From Bacillota bacterium (lineage in GTDB: Bacteria > Bacillota > DTU025 > MWDF01), in contig JAKQNF010000016.1 of assembly GCA_029565935.1 (NCBI GenBank), positions 21,889 through 85,888 on the forward strand: a DNA stretch of 64,000 nt, in the 5' to 3' direction. The first letter of the stretch is position 1; each line of letters starts with the position of its first letter. The notes under the pieces are model-generated. The model was not told where the DNA came from. It saw only the letters and a list, made by a program, of their open reading frames with translations, and did not search any database. This document shows positions 54,067 to 62,996 of the stretch, piece after piece. The position numbers and the translations under genes were made by a program.

Positions 54067-55113
54067 TCATAAAGGCAGCTTAATGGGCATTCTCGTGCGG
54101 GAGGATTCATATATCGCGTTTATTATCTCAACGCTCTTGCGACCCTCTGTGCCCGGGACAGAAGGCTCGGTGCCGTGCAGGACCGACTTAACGAAGTCCT
54201 CGATCTGCATCCTGTGCCAGGTGCAGTCCACCTGCGCTGGGTCCGAGGCCGTGGACATGCTCACGACCGGGGCATATAGTCCCTTGGCCTCTTCGAAGGC
54301 TTCTGGCGGGGCGATCGTTGATTGGAAATCGACTATATGGTCACCCGAGACTATGAGGGAACCTTTCGTGCCGTGTATCTCGAGCTTCATGGGATATCCT
54401 GGATAGACGGACGTAGTGCCCTCAATAACTCCCAGGGCGCCGCCTTTGAACTTCAGGACCGCGACGGCGGTGTCCTCTACCTCGATGTTCGCGTGCGCTA
54501 GGGTGCTGGTATTGGCATATACTTCCAGCACGTCGCCCATGATCCACTGGAGCAGGTCGATGGCGTGTATGCCCTGGTTCATCAAAGCACCCCCGCCGTC
54601 GAGCTCCCAGGTGCCTCGCCAGGACGAACCGTCGTAGTACTCTTGCGTGCGCCACCACTTGTTGTAGGCGTCGCCGAGCACCAACTTGCCGAGATATCCC
54701 GCCGTGACGGCCTTCTTCGCGAAGATCCACGCGGGCTTGTACCTGAACTGGAAAATGCCGGCGCACTTCACTTTCGCCTCTTCGCATGCCTTAAGCATGT
54801 CGTCCACCCTCTTGGTGGTTATCTCAAGGGGCTTCTCCATTATGATGTGCTTGCCGGCCTTTGCCGCGGCAACGGCGATGTCGCGCCTTACTCCTGAAGG
54901 CGTTATTATGTCTATTGCGTCTATCTCGGGATCTTGTGCTGCTTCGAATGGGTCCTTGACTATGCGGCAACCGAATTCTTCCTCTATCTTCCGGGCCCTC
55001 TCCTCGCTTCGACACACGACGATTGAGAGTTCGGCTTCCGGTATGCTCGATATCGCCTCGAGGTGCATCCTTGCGATGGCTCCGCAACCGATAACGGCAA
55101 AACGCAGCGGCAT
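54067..55113 (-). CDS. Gfo/Idh/MocA-family NAD(P)-dependent oxidoreductase
   Basis: Start MPLRFAVIGCGAIARMH (Rossmann) with GGAGGT RBS; 348 aa. Confidence 0.8.
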   Translation of the reverse strand: MPLRFAVIGCGAIARMHLEAISSIPEAELSIVVCRSEERARKIEEEFGCRIVKDPFEAAQDPEIDAIDIITPSGVRRDIAVAAAKAGKHIIMEKPLEITTKRVDDMLKACEEAKVKCAGIFQFRYKPAWIFAKKAVTAGYLGKLVLGDAYNKWWRTQEYYDGSSWRGTWELDGGGALMNQGIHAIDLLQWIMGDVLEVYANTSTLAHANIEVEDTAVAVLKFKGGALGVIEGTTSVYPGYPMKLEIHGTKGSLIVSGDHIVDFQSTIAPPEAFEEAKGLYAPVVSMSTASDPAQVDCTWHRMQIEDFVKSVLHGTEPSVPGTEGRKSVEIINAIYESSRTRMPIKLPL

Positions 55114-55176
55114 TAAGAGTACCTCCAAAGTGTACTGGATTGACACAATTATAAAATAGGTGCTACATTTTGTCCA

Positions 55177-55190
55177 GATAAACGTTTATC
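55177..55190. promoter_or_regulatory. perfect 14-bp palindrome GATAAACGTTTATC, candidate LacI-family operator
   Basis: Located in the divergent intergenic region between the Gfo/Idh/MocA operon and the LacI regulator gene; central CG as in LacI/GalR-type operators. Confidence 0.45.
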
Positions 55191-55215
55191 CTAAACCCCT
55201 TTCGTTATCTAGGAG

Positions 55216-56271
55216 GTGCTGCATTTGGACTTCGGAAGGCTATTGCGCCCTACTTTGAAGGACGTAGCCGTCCTTGCCGGAACATCCATAGCCACGGCCT
55301 CTAACGTCATAAGCGGAAGGCAGGGCAAGTTCGTGAGCGAAGAGCTCCGCAAGAAGGTGCTCGAGGCCGCCGCAGACCTGGGCTATACGCCCAACCTGCT
55401 CGCAAGGTCCATGAAGGGCAAGGGCAGGAAGATGATCGCCATGCTCGTCCCCGAGCTGTACAACACCATATACATGAGGATGGTCGTCGGGGCCGAGCGC
55501 GTGTTCAACAACAGAGGATACCTGATGCTCATATGCAGCACCATGGGAGACCCGGCGCGTGAAGAGGGCTACATCCAGAGCCTGCTTGACCAACAGGTCG
55601 ACGGGTTCATGCTTGCTATATCCCTCAAGGGATCCGTACACGTGGACAAGATCGAGAAGAGGGGCGTGCCGTATGTGGTACTGGACAGGCCGTACGCGGC
55701 CGACTATCCGTACGACAGCGTCGCTTTCTACGGCGGCGAGGCCGTCACCATGGCGGTCGAGCACCTGTACGACAAGGGGCACAGGAGGATCGGTTTCATC
55801 GGACCGGTGATGCCCGAGTTCGTGGACCGTAGGAATTCCTTCGCCTCCACAGTGGCGAGGCTGGGCCTTTCCAGAGACGATTGCCCAGAATACCTGGGAC
55901 ATCCTTCCGAGGAGGAAGGCGCAAGGCTGCTTGGGGAGTTCCTCGCCGGCAATAAGTGCACGGCGCTCGTGATAGGACATCACATAATCGGAGAGCATGT
56001 CGTCGAGCGCATGAGGGAAATCGGCCTTGAAGTGCCGCGCGACGTATCCGCGGTCATAATCGGAAATCCGGTCTGGGCCAAGATGGCAGGTCCGGGATTT
56101 ACTGCAGTAGAGCTGCCCCATCCAGAGCTCGGCGAGATAGGCGCAGCAAGGCTCATAGACAGGATAGAAGGGTCCGATGACGAAAAGAGGGCGATCCTCG
56201 TAGATTGCACGATGGTTGAGAGGGCTTCCGTCGCCGAGATAGGAGGAAAGGCAAGAACGGCTGCCTTCTAG
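55216..56271 (+). CDS. LacI-family transcriptional regulator
   Basis: N-terminal HTH LKDVAVLAGTSIATASNVISG; periplasmic-binding-protein-like C-domain; 351 aa. Confidence 0.8.
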   Translation: MLHLDFGRLLRPTLKDVAVLAGTSIATASNVISGRQGKFVSEELRKKVLEAAADLGYTPNLLARSMKGKGRKMIAMLVPELYNTIYMRMVVGAERVFNNRGYLMLICSTMGDPAREEGYIQSLLDQQVDGFMLAISLKGSVHVDKIEKRGVPYVVLDRPYAADYPYDSVAFYGGEAVTMAVEHLYDKGHRRIGFIGPVMPEFVDRRNSFASTVARLGLSRDDCPEYLGHPSEEEGARLLGEFLAGNKCTALVIGHHIIGEHVVERMREIGLEVPRDVSAVIIGNPVWAKMAGPGFTAVELPHPELGEIGAARLIDRIEGSDDEKRAILVDCTMVERASVAEIGGKARTAAF

Positions 56272-56327
56272 GATCAGGAAGATAAATGCTTAGGTAACAC
56301 ATAATAGATACACAGGAGGGTGCGCAA

Positions 56328-57149
56328 ATGCAGGACAAATTGTTCGACGTATCTGGTAAGGTAGCGGTCATCACCGGTGGAGGGGGGATACTCTGCAGCC
56401 AGATGGCAGAATCCCTCGCCGAGAGGGGCGTCAAGGTCGCGGTTTTAGACCTCAGGGCCGAGGCGGCCGATGCCGTGGCCTCAAGGATAAATGAAAAGGG
56501 CGGGACCGCGAAGGGCTATACCGTGAACGTCCTGGACAAAGCCTCGATCGAGAAGGCGAAGGATGAGATAATGGCCGATTTCGGCACCGTGGACATCCTT
56601 ATAAACGGAGCCGGCGGCAACAAGCCGGACGCGACCACGAGCGATGCCATGAGCTTCTTCGACCTGCCGGCAGAGGCCATACAGTGGGTGTTCAACCTCA
56701 ACATCGTAGGTACGGTGCTGCCATCCCAGGTATTCGGCAAAATAATGGTGGAGAAGGGCAAGGGCTCGATCATCAACATGTCCTCCATGAGCGCGTTCAA
56801 GCCGCTCACGAAGGTGCTGGCATATTCGGCCGCCAAGGCCGCCGTCTCCAACTTCACCGCCTGGCTGGCGGTCCACATCAACCAGAACTACTCGAAGGAC
56901 GTAAGGGTCAACGCCCTGGCCCCCGGCTTCTTCCTTACGCAGCAGAACTACTACCTGCTGGTGGACAAAGAGACAGGAAACGCCACCCCCAGGGGCGAAA
57001 GGATCATCGACCACACGCCGATGGGCAAGTACGGCGTGCCATCAGATCTCATAGGCACGCTAGTATGGCTCATATCGGACGCCTCGAGCTTCGTGAACGG
57101 GGCGGTGATACCCGTAGACGGCGCTTTCAACGCATACTGCGGCGTCTAG
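56328..57149 (+). CDS. SDR-family oxidoreductase
   Basis: ITGGGGILCSQMAESLA Rossmann motif; catalytic YSAAKAAV. Confidence 0.8.
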   Translation: MQDKLFDVSGKVAVITGGGGILCSQMAESLAERGVKVAVLDLRAEAADAVASRINEKGGTAKGYTVNVLDKASIEKAKDEIMADFGTVDILINGAGGNKPDATTSDAMSFFDLPAEAIQWVFNLNIVGTVLPSQVFGKIMVEKGKGSIINMSSMSAFKPLTKVLAYSAAKAAVSNFTAWLAVHINQNYSKDVRVNALAPGFFLTQQNYYLLVDKETGNATPRGERIIDHTPMGKYGVPSDLIGTLVWLISDASSFVNGAVIPVDGAFNAYCGV

Positions 57150-57167
57150 TCGGGAAGGGGTGATAAG

Positions 57168-58619
57168 ATGCATGTCCTTAGCCTTGAGGTGAGCACCTCA
57201 TCGGCGAAGTGCATACTCTATTCCAAAGAAGAAGGCGTCGTACTGGCGAGGTCCAGGCAATACCCCAAGGAGGCCTCGGACGGGATGACCCAGGATCCCA
57301 TCGGAATCCTGGCGGCGGCATACGAGGTCCTGGGGCAGGTCGCGCGCGAGTCCTCGGCTAAGGGCATCGACCCTAAGGCCGTCGGCCTGTGCGGGACTTG
57401 GCACAGCATGCTCCTTTTGGATTCCGGCCTCCTGCCGATGGGCAGGATAAGGACATGGGCCGACCTTACGGGATCGAAGGCGGCCGCGGCCGCAAGGGCC
57501 AGAGGCGAAGCCGCCGACTACTACTCGAGGACGGGATGCGTTCTGCACGGCATGTACCCGTGCTGGAAGCTTGCCGGCATGAGCGGCATTGACAAGGGAC
57601 TGTCGGGCGCCTCGCATGTGATAACACAGCTGGAATGGCTGTATCTTTCGCTGACCGGTGAGATGGCGGTATCCACGTGCCTTGCCTCCGGCAGCGGGCT
57701 GCTCAACGTACATTCGCTCGACTGGGACCAGAAGGCCCTCGCTGCAGCGGGCGTGGGCCGGGATATGCTCTCTGCTTTGAAGGACCTGACATATCGCGGG
57801 AAGCTGACCAGGAAGGCGTCCGCCCTAACGGGCCTGCCGGAGGGGCTTCCCGTCTTCATAGGAGGCGCCGACGGCGCCATGAACCAGCTGGCCGTCGGGG
57901 GGACGGACCTTGGCGTGATGTCGATGTCGATCGGCACAAGCGGCGCCATGAGAAGGATCACAAAAGGGCCCAAGGTGGCGAAGGAGCCCTCCACGTGGTG
58001 CTACAACGTGTCGAAGGATGCCTGGATCGCAGGCGCCGCCACCAACAACGCGACCAACTGCGTCGACTGGTTCATATCGAACATAGGCATGACGCCCGGA
58101 GACCCAAGGGCATATGACGAGCTGGGGAACGCCGCTTTCGGAAGTGACCAGTCAAAAGCGCCCCTCTTCCTGCCGTTCATATTCGGCGAAAGGTGCCCGG
58201 GCTGGCAGGAGGACAGGACGGGGGGCTTCTTCGGGGTAACGCCGGGACACGGACGTGGCAGCTTGTACTATTCGGTGCTCGAGGGGATACTGTTCAACAT
58301 GTACCAGTGCTACGGCATACTCGAAGGCCTCGCGGGCCCTCCATCGAGGATAGTCGTCTCGGGAGGCATCACCCGTTCAAGTGGGTGGATGCAGCTTGCG
58401 GCCGACATATTCGGACTGGAACTCGAAACGACCGGATCGGCCAACGACTCGACCGTAGGGGCCGCCCTGGTGGCGCTTTCCGGGCTCGAAGGGAAAGCGT
58501 CGGTCGAGCCTCCTGAGGAGGGGCCGTCCGCCGTGTACACGCCTATCACGAGGAACAGGGAAGCCCTCATGGAGAGGTATGGCAGGTACGTCAGGATGTA
58601 CGAGAGCACTAAGCCGTAA
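57168..58619 (+). CDS. FGGY-family carbohydrate kinase (gluconokinase/xylulokinase-like)
   Basis: 483 aa with two actin-like ATPase domains; …FIGGADGAMNQ… and …VSGGITRS… motifs. Confidence 0.75.
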   Translation: MHVLSLEVSTSSAKCILYSKEEGVVLARSRQYPKEASDGMTQDPIGILAAAYEVLGQVARESSAKGIDPKAVGLCGTWHSMLLLDSGLLPMGRIRTWADLTGSKAAAAARARGEAADYYSRTGCVLHGMYPCWKLAGMSGIDKGLSGASHVITQLEWLYLSLTGEMAVSTCLASGSGLLNVHSLDWDQKALAAAGVGRDMLSALKDLTYRGKLTRKASALTGLPEGLPVFIGGADGAMNQLAVGGTDLGVMSMSIGTSGAMRRITKGPKVAKEPSTWCYNVSKDAWIAGAATNNATNCVDWFISNIGMTPGDPRAYDELGNAAFGSDQSKAPLFLPFIFGERCPGWQEDRTGGFFGVTPGHGRGSLYYSVLEGILFNMYQCYGILEGLAGPPSRIVVSGGITRSSGWMQLAADIFGLELETTGSANDSTVGAALVALSGLEGKASVEPPEEGPSAVYTPITRNREALMERYGRYVRMYESTKP

Positions 58620-58673
58620 GGCCGCCGGATTGGCGCGGCCTGCGGCCAAAGCAATACAACTGGAGGATTATGG

Positions 58674-59948
58674 ATGCAAGACATCGTCTTAAAAGGTGCC
58701 GACATCAGCGCGGCGGAGATAGAAAAGAGCCTGGAGAGCTGGCTAAAGGGGAAGACCGAAGGCGTTGAGAGGGTCCTCATCATCCCGCCCGACTATACGA
58801 GGAGCATGTCCGGGGCAGGGCAGATAACCGCCATGCTCTACCGGAAGCTCAAGGATAGCTTCTATGTGGACGTACTTCCGGCTTTGGGAACGCACGAGAG
58901 GATGAGCGACGCCGAGATCGTCAAGATGTTCGGGGACGAGATACCCACCGAGCGCTTCCTCTACCATAACTGGAGGACGGATATCGTCGACCTCGGGGAG
59001 GTGCCTTCCTCGTACATAAAGGAGATATCCGAAGGCAAGCTGGACTACCCGATAAAGGTCCAGGTCAACAGGCGCCTGGTGGACGGTACCTACGGCCTTG
59101 TGATCTCGGTCGGGCAGGTGGTCCCGCATGAGGTCGTCGGAATGGCCAACTACACCAAGAACGTGCTCGTCGGCTGCGGGGGCAAGGACATGATCGACAA
59201 GACCCATTTCCTAGGAGCCGTATACGGCATGGAAAGGCTCATGGGAAGGGACCATTCGCCCGTAAGGAAGGTCTTCGACTATGCCGAGGAGAAGTTCCTG
59301 TCGAAGATGCCGCTGGAATATATGCTGACCGTCATGAGGCAGGAAGGCGCCAGAGGCTACATGAAGGGCTTATTCGCCGGAAGGCAAAGGGCCCTCTTCG
59401 AGCAGGCCGTAGAGCTGAGCACGAGGACCAACTTCGATTTGTTGGATGAGCCCCTAAAGAAGGTGGTCGTGTACTTGGATCCCGAGCACTACAAGAGCAC
59501 CTGGCTGGGCAACAAGTCCATCTACAGGACGAGGATGGCCATAGCCGACGGCGGAGAGCTTATCGTAATTGCACCCGGGGTGCGCCACTTCGGGGAGGAC
59601 GAGGACATCGACAAGCTCATCAGAAAGTACGGCTACAAGGGCACCGAATACGTCCTGGACGCCGTGAACAAGAACGAGGACCTCAGAGGGGGGCTTTCGG
59701 CCGCAGCGCACCTCATACACGGCTCCTCCGAGGGCAGATTCAAGATTACCTACTGTCCTGGGAAAATGACCAAAGAGGAGATAGAAGGCGCCGGCTTTAG
59801 TTACATGCAGCTTCAAGAAGCCCTCGCCAAGTACGACGTTAATGCGCTGAAGGATGGGATGAACCGCCTGGAGTCCGGGGAAGAGGTATTCTACATCAGC
59901 AATCCCTCCCTGGGCCTGTGGGCACTGGCGAAGCATTTCGAAGCCTGA
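58674..59948 (+). CDS. LarA-like (lactate-racemase N-terminal domain / DUF2088) protein
   Basis: 424 aa; …LIIPPDYTRSMSGAG… resembles the LarA D-x-TR substrate/Ni-pincer region. Assignment is tentative. Confidence 0.45.
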   Translation: MQDIVLKGADISAAEIEKSLESWLKGKTEGVERVLIIPPDYTRSMSGAGQITAMLYRKLKDSFYVDVLPALGTHERMSDAEIVKMFGDEIPTERFLYHNWRTDIVDLGEVPSSYIKEISEGKLDYPIKVQVNRRLVDGTYGLVISVGQVVPHEVVGMANYTKNVLVGCGGKDMIDKTHFLGAVYGMERLMGRDHSPVRKVFDYAEEKFLSKMPLEYMLTVMRQEGARGYMKGLFAGRQRALFEQAVELSTRTNFDLLDEPLKKVVVYLDPEHYKSTWLGNKSIYRTRMAIADGGELIVIAPGVRHFGEDEDIDKLIRKYGYKGTEYVLDAVNKNEDLRGGLSAAAHLIHGSSEGRFKITYCPGKMTKEEIEGAGFSYMQLQEALAKYDVNALKDGMNRLESGEEVFYISNPSLGLWALAKHFEA

Positions 59949-59973
59949 TAGGAAGGCACGGGAAGGTGGACAC

Positions 59974-61392
59974 ATGGGATTTGACATCGGATTAATAGGC
60001 CTTGGGGTCATGGGCCAGAACCTGGCCCTCAACATGGCCAGGCACGGTTACAAGGTGTGCGTGTATAACAGGACGGGCTCGGTGACCGAAGCCTTCATGC
60101 AAGAAGGGGCTAAGGACAATCCCTCGATCAAGGCGTGTTATGACTTGAAGGAGCTTGCGGCGAGCCTTTCGGCCCCCAGGAAGGTCATGCTGATGGTGAA
60201 GGCGGGCCATGCGGTCGATGCCGTCATATCCCAGCTCACCGAGATCCTCGAATCGGGCGACGTCATTATCGACGGCGGTAATTCCTTCTTCGAGGATTCC
60301 GAAAGAAGGCATAAGGAGCTGGAGAAGAAGGGCATCCACTTCCTGGGCGCCGGCGTGTCCGGCGGCGAGGAGGGCGCCCTGAAGGGCCCCAGCATAATGC
60401 CCGGCGGCTCGAAGAAGGCGTGGGAGCTTGCCGGGGGGATATTGACCGACATATCGGCCAAGGCCGAAGACGGCACCCCTTGCTGCGGCTACCTCGGACC
60501 GGGAGGCGCGGGGCATTTCGTCAAGATGGTGCACAACGGCATCGAGTACGTAGATATGCAGATAATCGCCGAGGCCTACCATATCATGAGGGACATGCTG
60601 GGCATTGAGGCGAAACAGATAGCGGTTTATTTTAGGGAATGGAACAAAGGGGAGCTCGGCTCATACTTGATAGAGATAACGTCGGATGTGCTGGACAGGG
60701 TGGACGACAAAACGGGCAGGCCGCTGGTGGACGTGATAAAAGACGCGGCGGCCCAGAAAGGCACGGGGCTCTGGACGGCAAGGGAGGCGCTCGCGCTGGG
60801 GACACCGGCGCCCAGCCTGGCCGAGGCCGTATTCGCAAGGAACATCTCCGCGCGTAGGGACCAGAGGCTGAAGGCGGCGGGAGTGTTGGCCGGGCCTGAG
60901 AAGGTGAAGCCGGCGCAGGACATGGCCGCGATGCTCGCCGGTACGATAGAAAAGGCGATGCTGACCGCGAAGATATCGGCCTACGCCCAAGGTTTCGCTT
61001 TGTTGAAAGATGCTTCGGACCAATATGGATGGAATCTGGACCTGGGCGGCGTCGCCCTTCTGTGGCGGGGAGGTTGCATAATAAGGGCCAGGTTCCTCGA
61101 CGACATCAAGAAGGCGTTCTCAAACGATCCTAAGCTGGAGAATTTGATCCTGGACCCTTCTTTCGCAGATAGGCTAAACAAGGGACAGGCCGCCTTAAGG
61201 CAGATAGTGTCGATCGCTTCGATGGCCGGAATACCGATCCCCGCTATGGGCTCGAGCCTCAGCTACTACGACGGCATGAGGTGTACGAGCCTTCCAGCCA
61301 ACCTTATTCAGGGGCAGAGGGACTACTTCGGCGCCCATACGTACGAAAGGCTTGACATAGAGGGAAGCTTCCATACCGACTGGTATCTGTAG
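59974..61392 (+). CDS. gnd: 6-phosphogluconate dehydrogenase (decarboxylating)
   Basis: N-terminal NADP fold GLIGLGVMGQNLALNMARHG; 472 aa; full-length family match. Confidence 0.9.
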   Translation: MGFDIGLIGLGVMGQNLALNMARHGYKVCVYNRTGSVTEAFMQEGAKDNPSIKACYDLKELAASLSAPRKVMLMVKAGHAVDAVISQLTEILESGDVIIDGGNSFFEDSERRHKELEKKGIHFLGAGVSGGEEGALKGPSIMPGGSKKAWELAGGILTDISAKAEDGTPCCGYLGPGGAGHFVKMVHNGIEYVDMQIIAEAYHIMRDMLGIEAKQIAVYFREWNKGELGSYLIEITSDVLDRVDDKTGRPLVDVIKDAAAQKGTGLWTAREALALGTPAPSLAEAVFARNISARRDQRLKAAGVLAGPEKVKPAQDMAAMLAGTIEKAMLTAKISAYAQGFALLKDASDQYGWNLDLGGVALLWRGGCIIRARFLDDIKKAFSNDPKLENLILDPSFADRLNKGQAALRQIVSIASMAGIPIPAMGSSLSYYDGMRCTSLPANLIQGQRDYFGAHTYERLDIEGSFHTDWYL

Positions 61393-61412
61393 AGAGCCCA
61401 TGATGAAGAAGA

Positions 61413-61442
61413 AACGCCGCTCCATCCTTGATGGGCGGCGTT
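61413..61442. terminator. bidirectional terminator hairpin between gnd and the convergent XRE gene
   Basis: AACGCCGC…GCGGCGTT stem; U-rich (UUCUUCUUC) on the minus-strand side. Confidence 0.5.
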
Positions 61443-61466
61443 GACCTATTATACCGTATTACGCAA

Positions 61467-61814
61467 CTATTTTTTACCATAGGAGCCTTCACGCTCCATG
61501 ACCCTGTCTATGTAATCGCTTACTTCCTGCCTGCCCTCATCCGTGAGCATCGCTATCCTTCCTAGCAGTCCTTCATATGCTTCCGGCTTTCGGCCTTCGC
61601 CGGTGCCGTATCCGGAATCGGCCCTTCCGGTCAGATAGTCCAGGCTTACTTCCATCTCGTCGGCGATCTTGATGAGGGTGTTGTGCGTAGGAGTGTTCGC
61701 GCCTGATTCATAGTTATAGATCGCCTGCTTGGACAAGCCCAGCTTGCCGGCGAGCGCGGCTTGGGATATGCCTTTGGAAGTCCTTATCTGCCTCAGCCTA
61801 GTACAGAAATCCAA
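61467..61814 (-). CDS. XRE-family HTH transcriptional regulator (cI-like)
   Basis: TTG start 10 nt after AGGAGG; 115 aa. HTH …RLRQIRTSKGISQAALAGKLGLSKQAIYNYESG…. The ORF-track extension upstream is just read-through of the intergenic region. Confidence 0.7.
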   Translation of the reverse strand: MDFCTRLRQIRTSKGISQAALAGKLGLSKQAIYNYESGANTPTHNTLIKIADEMEVSLDYLTGRADSGYGTGEGRKPEAYEGLLGRIAMLTDEGRQEVSDYIDRVMEREGSYGKK

Positions 61815-61878
61815 GACCGCATCCCCTCCTAAGATAATAATGTGAGCTATAGCTCGGACGTTGGCAAGTAAAGAAATA

Positions 61879-61918
61879 CTTGACCATGCTTGACAGTCAA
61901 GTACGGCTTGACTATGCT
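61879..61918. promoter_or_regulatory. operator-like repeats between the divergent XRE genes: CTTGACCATGCT, palindrome TTGACAGTCAA, CTTGACTATGCT
   Basis: Two 12-bp direct repeats flank a 5+1+5 inverted repeat within the 142-bp divergent intergenic region. Confidence 0.4.
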
Positions 61919-61956
61919 TTAGGCAAAACGACGTATTTACTGGAAGGAGAAGGCAG

Positions 61957-62166
61957 ATGAATTTGCCCGACAGCATAAGGAAGGCGAGGCTTGACCGAGG
62001 GCTTACACTTGTAGAATACGGAGGGCTGATAGGAAGGACAAAGCAGTACATGTACCTGCTGGAGAAGGGCAAGATAAAGCTATCGTACGAGATGGCGGTG
62101 AGGCTGGCAAAGGCTCTGGATACGACACCGGACAGGATGTTCTCGGAATTCATCGATACGAAGTAG
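61957..62166 (+). CDS. small XRE-family HTH protein (Cro-like)
   Basis: 69 aa; HTH …ARLDRGLTLVEYGGLIGRTKQYMYLLEKG…. Confidence 0.65.
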   Translation: MNLPDSIRKARLDRGLTLVEYGGLIGRTKQYMYLLEKGKIKLSYEMAVRLAKALDTTPDRMFSEFIDTK

Positions 62167-62352
62167 TTTTTCGGGCAACCGATCCCACAGATTCTTATCA
62201 TTCGATACGCAACCGGTCGTAACGGCACGTTCTCCTAAAATCCATCGCACATAGACGAGACCCCAATAATAGATCGACCGACCTCGTTTGACGGATGAAA
62301 TGGGGCCGATATTCTGCTATACATGAATTAATAAATACCAAGGGGGGATAAC

Positions 62353-62910
62353 ATGAAGCGCGCTGATGGCTACGCATCTTCGACGTTCTGGACGGACCTT
62401 CTTGCCTTGGTGCTAATTGGCGTAATAGGTGCAGGCATGCATTTCGTGTGGGAGAGGGTCATGGGTATACCCTACCTTAGGTGGCTTGCCGTGTTAGTGT
62501 CAGTGAACGAGAGCAATTGGGAGCACGTTAAGCTCGGTGCATGGCCATTGCTGGTCTGGGCGATCATAATGCTCGCCAATAAGGGCGGTAAACTAAACTT
62601 AAGGGAGTGGCTGATGCCTACCGCGATGGCAATCTGGAGTGCCTACATTGTGATGTTCTCAGTCCACGCGGCGTTGCCGGAGGCATTCGGCGAGTTGGGC
62701 ATGGTAAGATATTTAGGGTCGTTCATGCTCGGTGTGGCCCACGGTATAGCGTCGTTCAGGCTGGTCGAAGGAAGGCCTTTTTCGAACAGGTTGTGGCCTT
62801 TGGGCGCAGCTTTGATTGTTACGATAATAATGATGATGATCGTCTTCACGTACTTTCCGCTACATATACCGCTGTTCATGGATTCAGCGACCGGGACCTA
62901 TGGCATATAG
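62353..62910 (+). CDS. small integral membrane protein (5-6 TM helices), unknown function
   Basis: 185 aa; RBS AAGGGGGGA upstream; follows the Cro-like gene. Confidence 0.5.
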   Translation: MKRADGYASSTFWTDLLALVLIGVIGAGMHFVWERVMGIPYLRWLAVLVSVNESNWEHVKLGAWPLLVWAIIMLANKGGKLNLREWLMPTAMAIWSAYIVMFSVHAALPEAFGELGMVRYLGSFMLGVAHGIASFRLVEGRPFSNRLWPLGAALIVTIIMMMIVFTYFPLHIPLFMDSATGTYGI

Positions 62911-62996
62911 CGGTCGGTTCGTGTACTGAATAGAATCTAATCGCGGATTCATTTTCACAGCCGCTTTACCTTGCAGTATTGGAGGGGGATTTTCTG

